Under the pieces are notes generated by a model, which worked only from the letters and a program-made list of their open reading frames with translations, had not been told where the DNA came from and did not search any database. The position numbers were made by a program, and so were the translations under genes. Below are positions 20,810 to 32,699 of a stretch of DNA of 49,361 bases, piece after piece (the stretch's first letter is position 1; every line of letters starts with the position of its first letter). The stretch comes from Octopus bimaculoides (Eukaryota): positions 66,949,355 to 66,998,715 of the forward strand of contig NC_068990.1 of assembly GCF_001194135.2 (NCBI RefSeq), read 5' to 3'.

Positions 20810-22500
20810 ACCAATTATTAGATGAGATGCAGTTTGGTTTTGTGCCTTGGAGAAGCACAACTGATGCTATATTCCTGGTAAGGCAACTTCAGGAGAAGTA
20901 TTTAGCCAAAAATAAACCCCTGTACTTGAATTTTGTTGACATGGAGAAAAGCTTTTGACAGGGTCTCCTGCTCCCTTATCTGTTGATCAATGCAGAAGTT
21001 AGGGATAGATGAGTAGTTAGTGAGAGATGTACAAGCCATGTAGATGTTGCCAGTAAGGTGAAGGTTGGCAATGAATTTAGTGTACAGGTAAGAGTTCACC
21101 AAGGATCAGTTCTCGGCCTTCTCTTGTTTATCATAGTTTTCCAGGCCACAACAGAGGAGCTCTATTTTGCTGATGATCTTGATCTTAAAGCTGAATCACG
21201 ATCTGAGCTAGAGAAGAAATTTCAAATGTGGAAGGAAGGTTTAGAATCTAAGAGCCATAAAGTTAGTTTAGCAAATACAAATGTCCTAGTAAGTAGAAAA
21301 ACAGACAAATAACAAGTACCTTCAGTGAGATGGCCCTGCTCGATATGTGGAAAGGATATTGGTAGAAACTCCATATATTGTACCCACTGTAAGCTTTGGA
21401 CACAGAGGTGTAGTGGTATCACAGGAAGGTTAACAGAAAATAGTCATTGTGTGTAGCAAATGTGCAGGTACAATAAGCACTAAAAATGTGCAGAGAATAG
21501 ACTTCCTCAAGAGCTTGTAGGGAACCTTAGAAGTAGTAGATAGCTTCTTCTAATTATGCGACCAAGTTAGCAGTGGAGGAGGAAAGTGTAGCTGCTAGAA
21601 TAAGAATGGGCTGGGCAAAGTTTAGAGAGGTACTACCTTTGTTTGTAACTAAGGGCTCCTCTCACAGAGTGAAAGGTAGATTGTATGATGTCATTGTGTG
21701 TACAATTATGCTACACGCAGTGAAAGATGGGCTTTCACCACAGAGGACTTGCAAAGGCTTGAAATTAATGAAGCCAGCATTATGCATCCAGCAGAGCTGG
21801 ATGGGTAACGTCAGTGTGCTTATGTGACAGTGTAAATGATTGAAGAGAAAAACTGGGTACAAGAGGCACCAAATGTATGCAAGAGGGAAGACTGTGCTGG
21901 TATGATCATGTGGTGTATATTGGATGAGAACAGCTGCTTAAAGAAGTGCTGATCTCTAATTGTGGAGGAAACCTGTGGAAGGGGTAGACCCAAGAAAACA
22001 TGGGGTGAAGTGGTCAGAATGGATCTTCAATTGCTGGGCTTCATTGAGATGACAAAGGACCAGGATTTGTGGTGATATGCTGTACTTGAGAAGACATGTC
22101 AAGCTAAGTAAAAGCGCAACCATCCATACACTTAGGCATATCCTTTATGGCTATGCCTCCCACTCCCTCTCCCTCTCCCAGCTGAGAGGTGTTTGTCATG
22201 CGGGTGCCAGTGCCACATAAGATGCACTCGTGCTAGTGCTACATAAACCCACCCATGCCAGTTGGAATGTAAAAAGCACCCAGCACACTCTGTAAAGTGT
22301 TTGAGATTTGGAAGGGTCTTCAGCCATAGAAACCATGTCAAAGCAGACAATCGGAGTCTAAACAACTCTCCAGCTAGCCGGCTCCTGTCAAAACCAACAA
22401 CTCATGCCAGCATGGAAAGTGAACATTTAAAGATGATGATGATGAAGGTGGTGCTGGTGGTGGTGATGATGATGATGGTGATGATGACGATGATGGAAGC
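20810..22500 (+). mobile_element. 5'-truncated, degraded RTE-clade LINE with RT, PHD-finger insert and 3' tail
   Basis: LDEMQFGFV...STTDAIFLVRQLQEKY...FVDMEK; VHQGSVLGLLLFII; FADD at 21163-21177; WPCSICGK...CTHCKLWT at 21331; (gat/ggt)n tail. Confidence 0.9.
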
Positions 22501-22684
22501 AGGATAACCTTTGATTACTATTTGCAAAATTTTACAAGTCGTCTTTTTTCAAAATGGACATGAGCCTTGCACTGACCTCAATTATATTATTTCAAGGCAT
22601 GATACCACCTTAAGTTTAGGATTAATTCTCTTTGATTGATGGTTGAGTTTTCAAACCTTCTTTCTAATTTTTGCACATGGTCAG

Positions 22685-22880
22685 TAATTTTGATGGTTGG
22701 GGAGCAAGTTGATTGCATTGTCTCAAGTACTTCACTGGTATTGTATTTTATCAACCCTTAGAAGTTGAAAGACAAAGTTGACCTTGGTGGAATTTGAACT
22801 TGGCATGTAAATAGTTGGAACATATGAAATTAAGCATTTTGTCCAATGTGCTAATAATTCTGCCAGCTCACGACCTTAAA
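22685..22880 (-). mobile_element. Type-N SINE
   Basis: agttgattgcattg..caagtact..ttttatcaaccc..gacaaagttgaccttggtggaatttgaact..ttctgccagctcacgacctt. Confidence 0.8.
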
Positions 22881-22884
22881 GTTT

Positions 22885-23370
22885 ATGAACATTAAAAAAA
22901 AATGTAGTTGTGTGGTTCAGTTATATTATCTATGTTAATATTTAAAGCTTTTTTTTTTCCTTCTGTGTTTTAAAATAAAATATTAGATATACCAGCTAGT
23001 TTTGTAGTTTTGCTTATATCAGAATCAATGAATTTAGAGTGGTTAGCATAGCCCAATCTGGTCAGTTTTAGTCTTTTCTGACTTGATATAAATGAATTCT
23101 GGATATCGTTTATTTTCATCTTTAATATAATTTGGAAACTGTTACTAACTTAATATTTCAAATTAATATGACCAGTCATTCCTGAAACAGTAGTAATTAT
23201 GGGCAAAGCAGAATATAAAATATGGAATTAAATCCATGTTTAATGGTGTTGTCCTGGCTTTCATCCTCCTTGTCAAAGAAACAGGCGCGCCATCTGAGCC
23301 GTTTAATGAAGTTGTCTGCTTTCTGCATTAGGAATTTTATGTACATTTTTCCTAACAAGGCTGACTATAT
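22885..23370 (-). mobile_element. Penelope-like element, degraded N-terminal ORF region
   Basis: Minus translation FLMQKADNFIKRLRWRACFFDKEDE...HGFNS resembles the 'FIKRMRWKAFFF...YGFKS' N-terminus of Penelope-like ORFs. Confidence 0.6.
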
Positions 23371-23484
23371 ACTTGTAGATAAAGTTATACATACATAGCT
23401 ATATTGGCTAACATACACAAACATTCTTCCATATATATTGAAACATACACATATCTACATTCATGCATAGATAAATGGCTCTGT

Positions 23485-23626
23485 AATTAAGTTTGCTTCT
23501 CAACCACATAGTTTCAGGTTCAGTCCCACTATGTAGCACCTTGGGCAAGTGTCCTCTACTATAAGCCTCAGCAGGTCGACCAAAGTCTTGTGAGTGGATT
23601 TCTTAGATGAAAAGAGAAAGAAGCCC

Positions 23627-23657
<31 letters not shown>

Positions 23658-23945
23658 GCACACGCGCACGCACACACGCACACACACACAAGTGTGTATA
23701 TATATGTATGTCTTATAGTCTTGACATCATGTGATAATTGCAAACTAGCCTGTTCTACAGGTGATGTTTGTTTGTTTCCATGCTTCTATGACATGTCCAG
23801 CATGGAAAATATTACCTTGCTTGGATATATGTGGGGTTGGCCAGTGTAAGGGTATCTGGTCATAGAAAATCTGCCTCATTGAATTTCCATTTGACCCATG
23901 CAAGCATGGAAAAGTAAATATCGAAACTACAGAAATGGTAATGAT
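23485..23945 (+). mobile_element. SINE with type-A head and RTE-like tail
   Basis: ttcaggttcagtcccactatgtagcaccttgggcaagtg head; tail gaaaatctgcctcattg...acccatgcaagcatggaaaa. Confidence 0.75.
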
Positions 23946-24174
23946 ATATATACACATGTACATATGTATTAGGTACATGCCTTTGTAGAAATACCTGTAA
24001 TAACCCATGTATGCATGTAGGAAGATACATATGTATATTGACAAGTATGTACGCATACACCTATGCATATAGAACGTATCTATATACACTCATATATGGG
24101 TGCATATTATGTATGTAAATAAAAGTAGGAAGATATATAGGATACGATGTAATTAGTATGAAAATAAAAATGAA

Positions 24175-24650
24175 TGTCCATGAGAATATATGAGAAGAGC
24201 TGTGTAAAGAAGTGCCAATCTCTAACTGTTGAGGGAACCTGTTAAAGAGGTAGACCCAGAAAGACATGGGCAATGTGGTGAAGCATGATCTGTGGATGCT
24301 AGGTCTCATGGAGGCGATGACAAGTGATCAAGACCTTTGGCAATTTGCTCTGCTCAATAAGACTTCTCAATTGAAATCGTAATCATGGCCAGTGCTGGTG
24401 ACACATAAAAGGCACCCATGCCAGTGCTATGAAGAGGGTGCCAGTGCTACGTAGCGGGCTCTTGTGCCAGTGATATGTAGAAGGCACCCACTGCAGTTTT
24501 GAAGTGTTTGGCAGCAGGAAGGGCATCCAGCAATAGAAACTAAGCCAAACCAGATGGAGCCTGGTACAGCTTTCCAGCTTACTAGTTCCAATCAAACCGT
24601 CTAACCCATGCCAGCATGGAAAACAGATGCTTAATGATGATTGCTGATGA
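24175..24650 (+). mobile_element. 5'-truncated RTE LINE 3' end
   Basis: agaggtagacccagaaagacatgg (RGRPRKTW) through acccatgccagcatggaaaac...gatgat. Confidence 0.85.
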
Positions 24651-25214
24651 GTACACTAAGGAGTCTACAAGGTGATGAGGAATAGCATTGTAATTAATAA
24701 TTGATTACAGAACCAGTTATATAATACAGCTGTTTATCACCAAGTTGGGAGATCATACATGCTTTATAAATAAGCAGGTTTACAGAGATCATAGAATCAA
24801 GATAATTACTGCCTAAACAAACCAACAATGAAATGAGAAATACAAATGGAAATATTAGCTAGCTCCGCTCACCTTTCAACTTTGTATTGGTCACTCCAAT
24901 AGCCAAAATTGTCTTCACATCTATTGTGGAACAATTCACATAAGTATTACTAAATTTTCGACAGAAATATAAACTCTCTTACCCTGCTTCTCTACTATAA
25001 ACCTTATGTAAAATTTCATCTCCTCCAGTAGAGGAAGGTTGACATTGTGTTCCTGTGTCAGCTTTGGTATGGATTCTACAGCTTATGCCCTTCCTTACAC
25101 CAGCCATTTTACATTGTGAACTGGGTGCTTTTCTCATGTAACATGCACTAGTGAGGTTGCCAAGTAATTTACAAGACAGGAAAAGAACTGCAAAAGGAAA
25201 AAACTCTCTCAACT

Positions 25215-26090
25215 TAGTGGTGGGGAGATATATGGCTATTGCATTTGACCATTGTATGAAGAAGGACAGAAAAAGTAGATGCAGAAGATGACATTGCTAG
25301 AAGTGCAGGTGAAGGAGTCAGTGATATTATAGGGTCGATAATAGGTGCTTGTGAGGAGGGTGGTGCTTGTGAGGAGGGTGGTGTTGGAGACATAAGGGCA
25401 AATGCGGCAGCGTAGTTAGGAGCAGGGGAATGAGCTGGATTGGGAGGTTGGGTTAGGGAAGAAGCTGTGGAGCAAGAGGTCTCGTAGGTTGTGGGCTTGT
25501 TTGAAGGATGGAAGGGGTAGGTTAGGGAAGATGTGCGAAGTGGAGGGGTTGGACCGGAGTCACCGGAAGGCTTGGAGAATGGAGCGTTGGAGAGGTAGGG
25601 TGGTGGGGTGGTAGGTGAGGGGAAACGGCAGATAGAAGACGGCAGAGCGGGTACGGGGGGAGAGAGCAGATGCACAGTCCACGGAATGTGCTCTGGCAAT
25701 GGCGGTGTGGATAGTGGTGAGGGAATATTCATGTAGGATGAAGTGGCGAGCCATGAGTTGAGACTGAGTCTCAAAGACATGGTTGTCACTACAAAGCCTG
25801 TGTAAACGGAGGAATAGGGAATGGAGAGCTTTGCGTGTTTAGGTTGGGAGGAGGAGAAGTTGAGGTATGATTATGAGTCTGTGTGTGTAGTGGATGGAGG
25901 TGGTGAGAGTGGAATGATGAATGCTGACCGAAATGTCAAGAAAGGCGACTGAGGTGTCGGAAATAGTGCAGGAGAAGTGGAGGGCAGGATGGAAAGATTT
26001 GACAAAAGAGAGGAAAGAGTCTAGATGTTCACCGGAGAGTGAGGTCGCACCGATACAGTTGTCAATATAACGACTGTATAATTCAGGAGT
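25215..26090 (-). mobile_element. Penelope-like element of a second family (RT YIDD-like motif, thumb, GIY-YIG region), degraded
   Basis: ORF 25839-26123: YSRYIDNCIG...FVKSFHPALHFSCTISDTSVAFLDISV; ORF 25560-25754: MARHFILHEYS..IHTAIARA; C-terminal CxxxRCxxCP and FTCTSSNVIF-like segments. Confidence 0.85.
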
Positions 26091-26239
26091 GATGTGTGTG
26101 TGTGTGTGTGTGTATGCACGCACACACAGAGGCTTATATTCTTTCTTTTGCTGTTTTTGGTCACTAGGTTGTGGCTAAGTTGGGTCAATACCTTAAACAG
26201 TGTTTGAATCTTATCCCAAGATATTATCTCTATTTCTAT

Positions 26240-26771
26240 TATTCTCTATGCAAGCTTGTTAGATAGCCCAGTGCACCTATGATAATTGGTACAAGCAAAA
26301 ATCTCTTGCCTTAGTATAAGAACTGTAGATATATTTTCCTTTTCCCCAAGTTTTGGAGAAACGTTCACATCTGGTGGGTAACTGATCTCTAAAATGGTGC
26401 ATACTTGTTGATCTCTGATCCATTCAAATATATCTAGCCTTTTGGGATTACACCATGTTGTTGTTGAAATGCTCCACTCATATTCTTTCGTTTTAAAGAG
26501 GTGGATATTTTCTGGTCCTGGTGTGCCTTTGGTATGACAATCAGAACACTTCCTCAGTGTAGCACTCTTTACTTGTTTCAGTCTCCATCATTTGACTGTG
26601 GCCATGCTGGAGCACCACCTTTAGTCGAGCAAATCGACCCCAGGACTTATTCTTTGTAAGTCTAGTACTTATTCTATCGGTCTCGTTTTGCCGAACTGTG
26701 AGGTTACTGGTACGTAAACACACCAGCATTGATTGTCAAGCGATGTTGGGGGGACAAACGCAGACACACAA

Positions 26772-26804
<33 letters not shown>

Positions 26805-27275
26805 CATATATACGACAGGCTTCCTTCAGTTTCTGTCTACCAAATCCACTCACAGGGCTTTGGTTAGTCCGAGGTTATAGTAGAAGACACTTGCCCAAGG
26901 TGCCATGCAGTGGGACTGAACCCAGAACCATGTGGTTGGTAAGCAAGCTACTTACTCCACAGCCACTCCTGTGCCTAGACCATCTGTAGACCATCTTAGA
27001 GATATCATCAAACGTAATGGGAAACAAGTATTTTGTAATCATTTTTGGACAGTTACTGATGATATGAGCAATATCTTCCACATACATTTGGAACAATTGA
27101 TACCTTCTGTCACTGTATAGAGGTTTAGAAGCCTCCTCCTTTCTTTCATTTATCATATATTTTCAGTTCTTGGATGGTTAAAAGCATAGCCTTCAAGGTG
27201 AGATGTGATATACTTATCACAAGTCCAGGAGAGGCTACTTCTCCTGTCAATGTTGCTTGTTTGTTTTTGTGTGTG
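26240..27275 (-). mobile_element. R4/Dong-like non-LTR retrotransposon with restriction-like endonuclease, C-terminal fragment, split by a SINE
   Basis: Minus translations: LSWTCDKYITSHLEGYAF/TIQE; EDIAHIISNCPKM (CCHC-knuckle region); LDIFEWIRDQQVCTILEISYPPDVN..EKENIY; LVPIIIGALGY at ~26295-26260. Confidence 0.7.
26563..26976 (-). mobile_element. Full-length young type-A SINE inserted in the R4-like element
   Basis: Complete head-to-tail reverse complement of the 44522 copy. Confidence 0.92.
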
Positions 27276-27654
27276 TGTGTGTGTGTATGTTTGTGTGTGT
27301 GTATGTATGTACATATGTATGCATGCATACGTGCATGCTGTGTTGTGTATTGTGTATACTTGTGTAGTATATGTATAGGCATCATCATTGTTAGTTTGTC
27401 TGCCTTCCATGTTGGCATGTGTTAGCCAAATCATTTTTGTTCTCTTTAGATGGGTCAGGGACTACATCTCACTTAAGTTTCATTTTTTTTTTTTACTTGG
27501 GTTCTACAACAAGACGCCTTTCATAATTTCTCATAGCATCAGCACTAGGGAGATTGTTAGATCCTTGACAAGTCTAAAGTGGTCCCACAGCCCTACACTT
27601 ATAGCAGAATGACCTGGGTACATTTTATTGTAACTCCAGATGGTGATGTGTGTA

Positions 27655-28065
27655 TAATCATCATCATCGTCATTGTCTTAATGACCGTTTTTCCATGCTT
27701 GCATGAATCAGACAGTTCATTGAGGCAGATTTTCTATGACTAGATGCCTGTCTTGTTACTCCCTCTCAACTGTTTCCAAGCAAGGTAATATTTCCCCATG
27801 GCTAGACACATTTACACAGAATACTAAGTGAATGATGTATATTTAAAACAATCACGTAATGTTAAGACAGACATGCACACACGTGCGTGCATGCACACAC
27901 ATACACACGCACACACATATGGGCTTCCACAGATTCTGTCTACTAGATCTACTCACATGACCTTGGTGATCATGAAGCTATGGTAGAAGACACTTTCCCA
28001 AGGTGCCATGCATTGGTACTGAACTTCAAACCATCTGGTTGGGAAGCAACTCTTGTTTATACAGC
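27655..28065 (-). mobile_element. SINE with type-A head and RTE-like tail
   Basis: (cat)n..ttttccatgcttgcatg..gaggcagattttc tail; agaagacactttcccaaggtgccatgc head. Confidence 0.75.
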
Positions 28066-28262
28066 TGTATTGATTAATAAGTGCATGTTGTTTGTTTTTG
28101 TTTGTACCTGTGTGTTACTGTTTATACCTATATGAGCCCTTTATGAGGTGATATAATATTGAGGACATTCCAAGCACGATCATCCCATCTTTTTATATAT
28201 CAGACTACATTCTCCTGTATATACATTAAGCTGGTGGGGAAATTTGTTTTTCTTTTTTTCTC

Positions 28263-29110
28263 GGGCTGTCATTGCTGAGGAGATGCATAAGCCTGCAAGG
28301 ATTGAAGCTAGTATGCTCCGCTGGATGTATAATGTCAGTGTGCATACATGACAGAGTGTAAGCACCCTGAGAGAAAAGTTGGACATAAGAAGCACCAGAT
28401 GTGGTGTGAAAAAGAGGTGACTGTGTTGGTATGGTTATGTGTTGTGTATGGATGAGGACAGCTGTGTGAAAAAAGTGTCACACCCTAGCAGTAGAGGGAA
28501 TCTGTGGAAGAGGTAGAGCCAGGAAGACTTAGGATGAGATGGTGAAGCATGACCTTCGAACATTGGGGCTCACTGGGGCAATGATAAGTGACCGAGACCT
28601 TTGAAGATACGCTGTGCTTGAGAAGACGCAGCAAGCCAAGTGAGACCGTAACAGTGGCATGTGCCAGTGCAGCATAACTAGCCCATTTAAGCGTACCCTT
28701 CAATCATTGGGCAATAAACTGCACTTGTGAAGACCGAAGACCTGTTGAGGCATGTGAAGCCATTGTCGTGGCTGATGACAGTACCACCTGATTGGCACCA
28801 ATGCTGGTGACATGTAAAAAGCATCATTTGAGCATGGTCGGTGCCAGTCCTGCCTGACTGGTCCCATGCTGGTGGCACTTAAAAAGCACCATTCAAGTGT
28901 GATCATTGCCAGTGCTGTCTGACTGGTGGCATATAAAAACCACCCACTACACTCTCAGAGTGGTTGGCATTAGGAAGGGCATCCAGCTGTAGAAACTTTA
29001 CCAGATCAGATTGGAGCCTGGTGCAGCCTTCTGGCTTGCCAGCCCTCAGTCAAACCATCCAACCCATGCCAGCATGGAAAACGGACATTAAAAGACGACA
29101 ATGATGATAA
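28263..29110 (+). mobile_element. 5'-truncated RTE LINE 3' end
   Basis: gaagctagtatgctccgctggatg (EASMLRWM) ... ggaagaggtagagccaggaagac, repeat-containing 3' UTR, acccatgccagcatggaaaacggac tail. Confidence 0.9.
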
Positions 29111-29287
29111 AAACCAAATGACAGAAGAGTGGTGTCTTTATTAGTTCATGTGTGTGTGTGTGTGTGTGTATGTATGTAACAATATTTGAAACTATGGATA
29201 ATATGGATGAAAAAGCATTAATTTATATTTGTAAACAATTTTTCTTATATTTCTCAATGAATTCATATAAAATTTGAACAATCACAA

Positions 29288-29870
29288 CAGTAGTAGTAGT
29301 GGTGGTCATGTAATATTATTTTTTGCTATTATTATTAATAAAAATGCATTGTTATTATCATTATCATTATTATCATCATCACCATTATTATTATTATTAT
29401 TATTATTATTATCATTATTATTATTATCATTATTATTGCTGTGGCTATAAGCAGCAGTGTTTTTAATAAAGGGAGTGGTATTAAAATGGTGATGGATGAT
29501 AATGGAAGTCAATAAATTTTGGTTATAAAACGACATTGTAATATGTATTATGATGTTGCTGATGATGATAATGATAATAATAATGAAACAATTATTATAT
29601 TGGAATAATAGCCATGGAGACAATGTTTTACAACAACAGTAACAACATTTATAATAATAATTGTGTTGATGTAATTATAAGTAATCTATATTGTAGATAA
29701 TAATTATGATGATGGTGGTTGTGGTGAAGTTGGTGGTGGTAATAATGAATGATGAATAATTATTATTATTTCCTCAGAAATACTGCCATCGATATTGTAA
29801 ATGGGAATGAGGAGGTCAATGATCATTAAATAATGTTGATGATGATAATAACAACAACAACAACAGTATT
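29288..29870. repeat. Compound trinucleotide low-complexity region (TTA/TCA/TAA/TGA/TGG/CAA)n
   Basis: Direct reading. Confidence 0.9.
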
Positions 29871-30234
29871 AACAAGAGCACTCAGAGAGTGCAAACCTCT
29901 GTGAAGGTAACACCAACATCCTCTCAACAATTAGCCAGAGATGATTTTTAAAATGAGAATATCTGAAATAAAGTCAACTGCTTTCACAAGCAAAAATACT
30001 AAATATGAACCCGACCACTTTCAAAAATTAAGTAAAACTACAGGAAAAATAATCCCGCATCCTTGTCCAGTACTGGATTGATTCCAAAATCTAATTAGTT
30101 TGTGCCAGTCATGAGGCCAAACATCTCTGAAAGTTTCATTCAAATCCATCAGGCAGTTCTTGAGATATCTTGTCCTTGGACAAACAAGCAAACAAACAAA
30201 CATGGCTGAAAACAATTCGCTAAGGTGGAGATAA
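29871..30234 (+). mobile_element. Probable Helentron-associated non-autonomous element (HINE/DINE-like)
   Basis: Begins tt|aacaagagcactcagagagtgcaaacctctgtgaagg, has (caaa)n near the 3' end and ends gctaaggtggagataa; degenerate sub-terminal inverted pair acctctgtgaag / ctaaggtggagat. Confidence 0.45.
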
Positions 30235-31396
30235 TAATAATGTTTCGACAATATATTAAGCTACATAATTGTTGGAAAATCGTTGAGAGATGTGAGTTTC
30301 ATGCCCCTCTAAAGTACAGTGATGTTGAAATGAGTATTGTACTAGACTGTCAGCTTAAGTTTGTAAGTCAAACTCTTTTTCTTTTGATAACCACCACCAC
30401 TACCAACAACAACAACAACAATGAGGAAGCCACTTTGCTGTCACTTGACCTGCTAAAAAGTGCCACAAAAATCTCTCAAATGCCGTTTACCATCTTTAAA
30501 CAAAAGGCAACTCCAGATATTATAATCCCTGATCTACAAACTAAACAGGATGGTTACACCTGGAATTCTTTTGGTCATAGATCAACTCAATCAAAACTGG
30601 TTTATACATACAAAATAATACTAATAACAACAATAAGAGCATTTCTTACATGGTAGTTCAGTCTGCTAGAAAAAGCAGCCAAATCCTACACAACTCATAC
30701 CCTACAATTATTATTAGTTTTTAGCAAGAAAATGGACATTTTAGATATTAAAGTCTTAGACACCAAAAGAAAGATGAAATGGTCATTTCTTGATTGTCTT
30801 TATCTGAGATCTGCTTTGTTTGAATTGAGCTGGTGTTAAATAATAGCAGTAAACATAAAGGGATTAACAATGTGTATTTGTCATTGTGTCAGCTGAATTA
30901 CCTGCCCCCAAATTAACACTTAAGTAGTTGAGTATTCCACCGAAACATATACTCTTAGCCTGCACTGCACAGATAAAATTTTTACTGATGTAACACGTTG
31001 ACTTTATGCAAATCAGTTCTTGTAACCTCTTTCTATTGGCCAGTGAAGTTAAAATTTACATAGTACATCACATGAAATGGAAGAGTTCCATAAAGTAGCT
31101 CACTATCACAAATAAGTTAACACAGTTCTTGAGTCTTAGCTGCACATGCATGGAACTGAGTGTACTTGGTGCCATGCAATAAGGGTTAATGGCTGAATCA
31201 ATGCAATTAGAGATACAATGCATTTGCTGAACTTTAGTAGTTTTCATTTATCCACGTTCACTTGCAATGTGTGGCTTGACCCAATGCAATAAGGCTTGAA
31301 CTTGGGACCTCATGTTTGCAAAGCAAACTACCATTCAGATTACCATCTCCAAAGCAACACTGACAAAAATGTTAATAACAGTAATAACTATTTCTA

Positions 31397-32033
31397 AGGA
31401 GTGACTGTGTGGTAAGTAGCTTGCTTACCAACCACATGGTTCCGGGTTCAGTCCCATTGTGTGGCACCTTGTGCAAAGTGTCTTCAACTATAGCCTCGGG
31501 CCAACCAAAGCCTTGTGGGTGGATTTGGTAGACAGAAACTGAAAGAAGCCCGTCGTATATATGTATGTGTGTGTGTATATATGTTTGTGTGGCTGTGTTT
31601 GTCTCCCCCCCCCCCAACATTGCTTGACAACTGATGCTGGTGTGTTTACGTCCCCGCAACTTAGCAGTTCGGCAAAAGAGACCGATAGAATAAGTACTAG
31701 GCTTCCGAAGAATAAGTCCTGGGGTCGATTTGCTCNNNNNNNNNNTGGGTGGATTTGGTAGACAGAAACTGAAAGAAGCCCGTCGTATATATGTATGTGT
31801 GTGTGTATATATGTTTGTGTGGCTGTGTTTGTCTCCCCCCCCCCCAACATTGCTTGACAACTGATGCTGGTGTGTTTACGTCCCCGCAACTTAGCAGTTC
31901 GGCAAAAGAGACCGATAGAATAAGTACTAGGCTTCCGAAGAATAAGTCCTGGGGTCGATTTGCTCAACTAAAAGGCGGTGCTGCAGCATGGCCCCAGTCA
32001 AATGACTGCAACAAGTAAAAGAGTAAAAGAGTA
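31397..32033 (+). mobile_element. Young type-A SINE showing an apparent 220-bp internal duplication across a 10-N gap
   Basis: 31516-31735 is identical to 31746-31965; N at 31736-31745. Confidence 0.92.
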
Positions 32034-32034
32034 A

Positions 32035-32200
32035 GGTCACCAATTTTGAGGGCAGGTGGTTAGTTGATTACATCAATCTGCACTTTAGTACTAGATTGAT
32101 TCTTTATTGTACAAATTCCTGAGGGAGGAAAGCAAAGTTGACCTCAGTGGGATTTGAACTCAAAATGTAAAGATCTGGAACAAATCACTTGACATAAACT
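32035..32200 (-). mobile_element. Type-N SINE, degenerate
   Basis: agttgattacatc..gcaaagttgacctcagtgggatttgaactcaaaatgtaaag. Confidence 0.7.
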
Positions 32201-32699
32201 GAGTTCATAGTAGAAATTGTATATTCAATCAAATTGGAACCCCCTTCTCTTTTTCTTCCTCACTTTTTCTTTCTCTTTGGTGCAATTTGAACGCAGAGTA
32301 CTGAGTGTCAGACCAAGCACAAGGCATTATTTAATGCTCTAGTGACTTTGCCAATACTGCCCAGGAGAGTACAGCTAGTTGTCACTTGTAAGTGCATCCT
32401 GATAATATGCACCATACATTCTTTAATTGTTTTTTATACTAATGTAGTCATGAGGAAACATCTCTTGAATCTTCCCCCTTAATCCAGTGGAAATTCCAAG
32501 ATTACATACATGAAGGAAGGGAGGGTAGCACTGGCAATGAGCTGATACAGCTCATTACAGCCGAATAAGCTGAACACTATGACATGAAGTACCTTCGTCA
32601 AGAGCACAACACTTCATCTGATGTTGGTATTGAACTCATGTTATTATGCTCATGAGCCAAACATCCTAACTACTAAGTCATATACATTCATACTGCTTT

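Noticed and set aside
30925-31198. Additional TTAA-ended MITEs (gggttaa ends at ~31198 and ~34127)
   Set aside because: Only one convincing end in each case.
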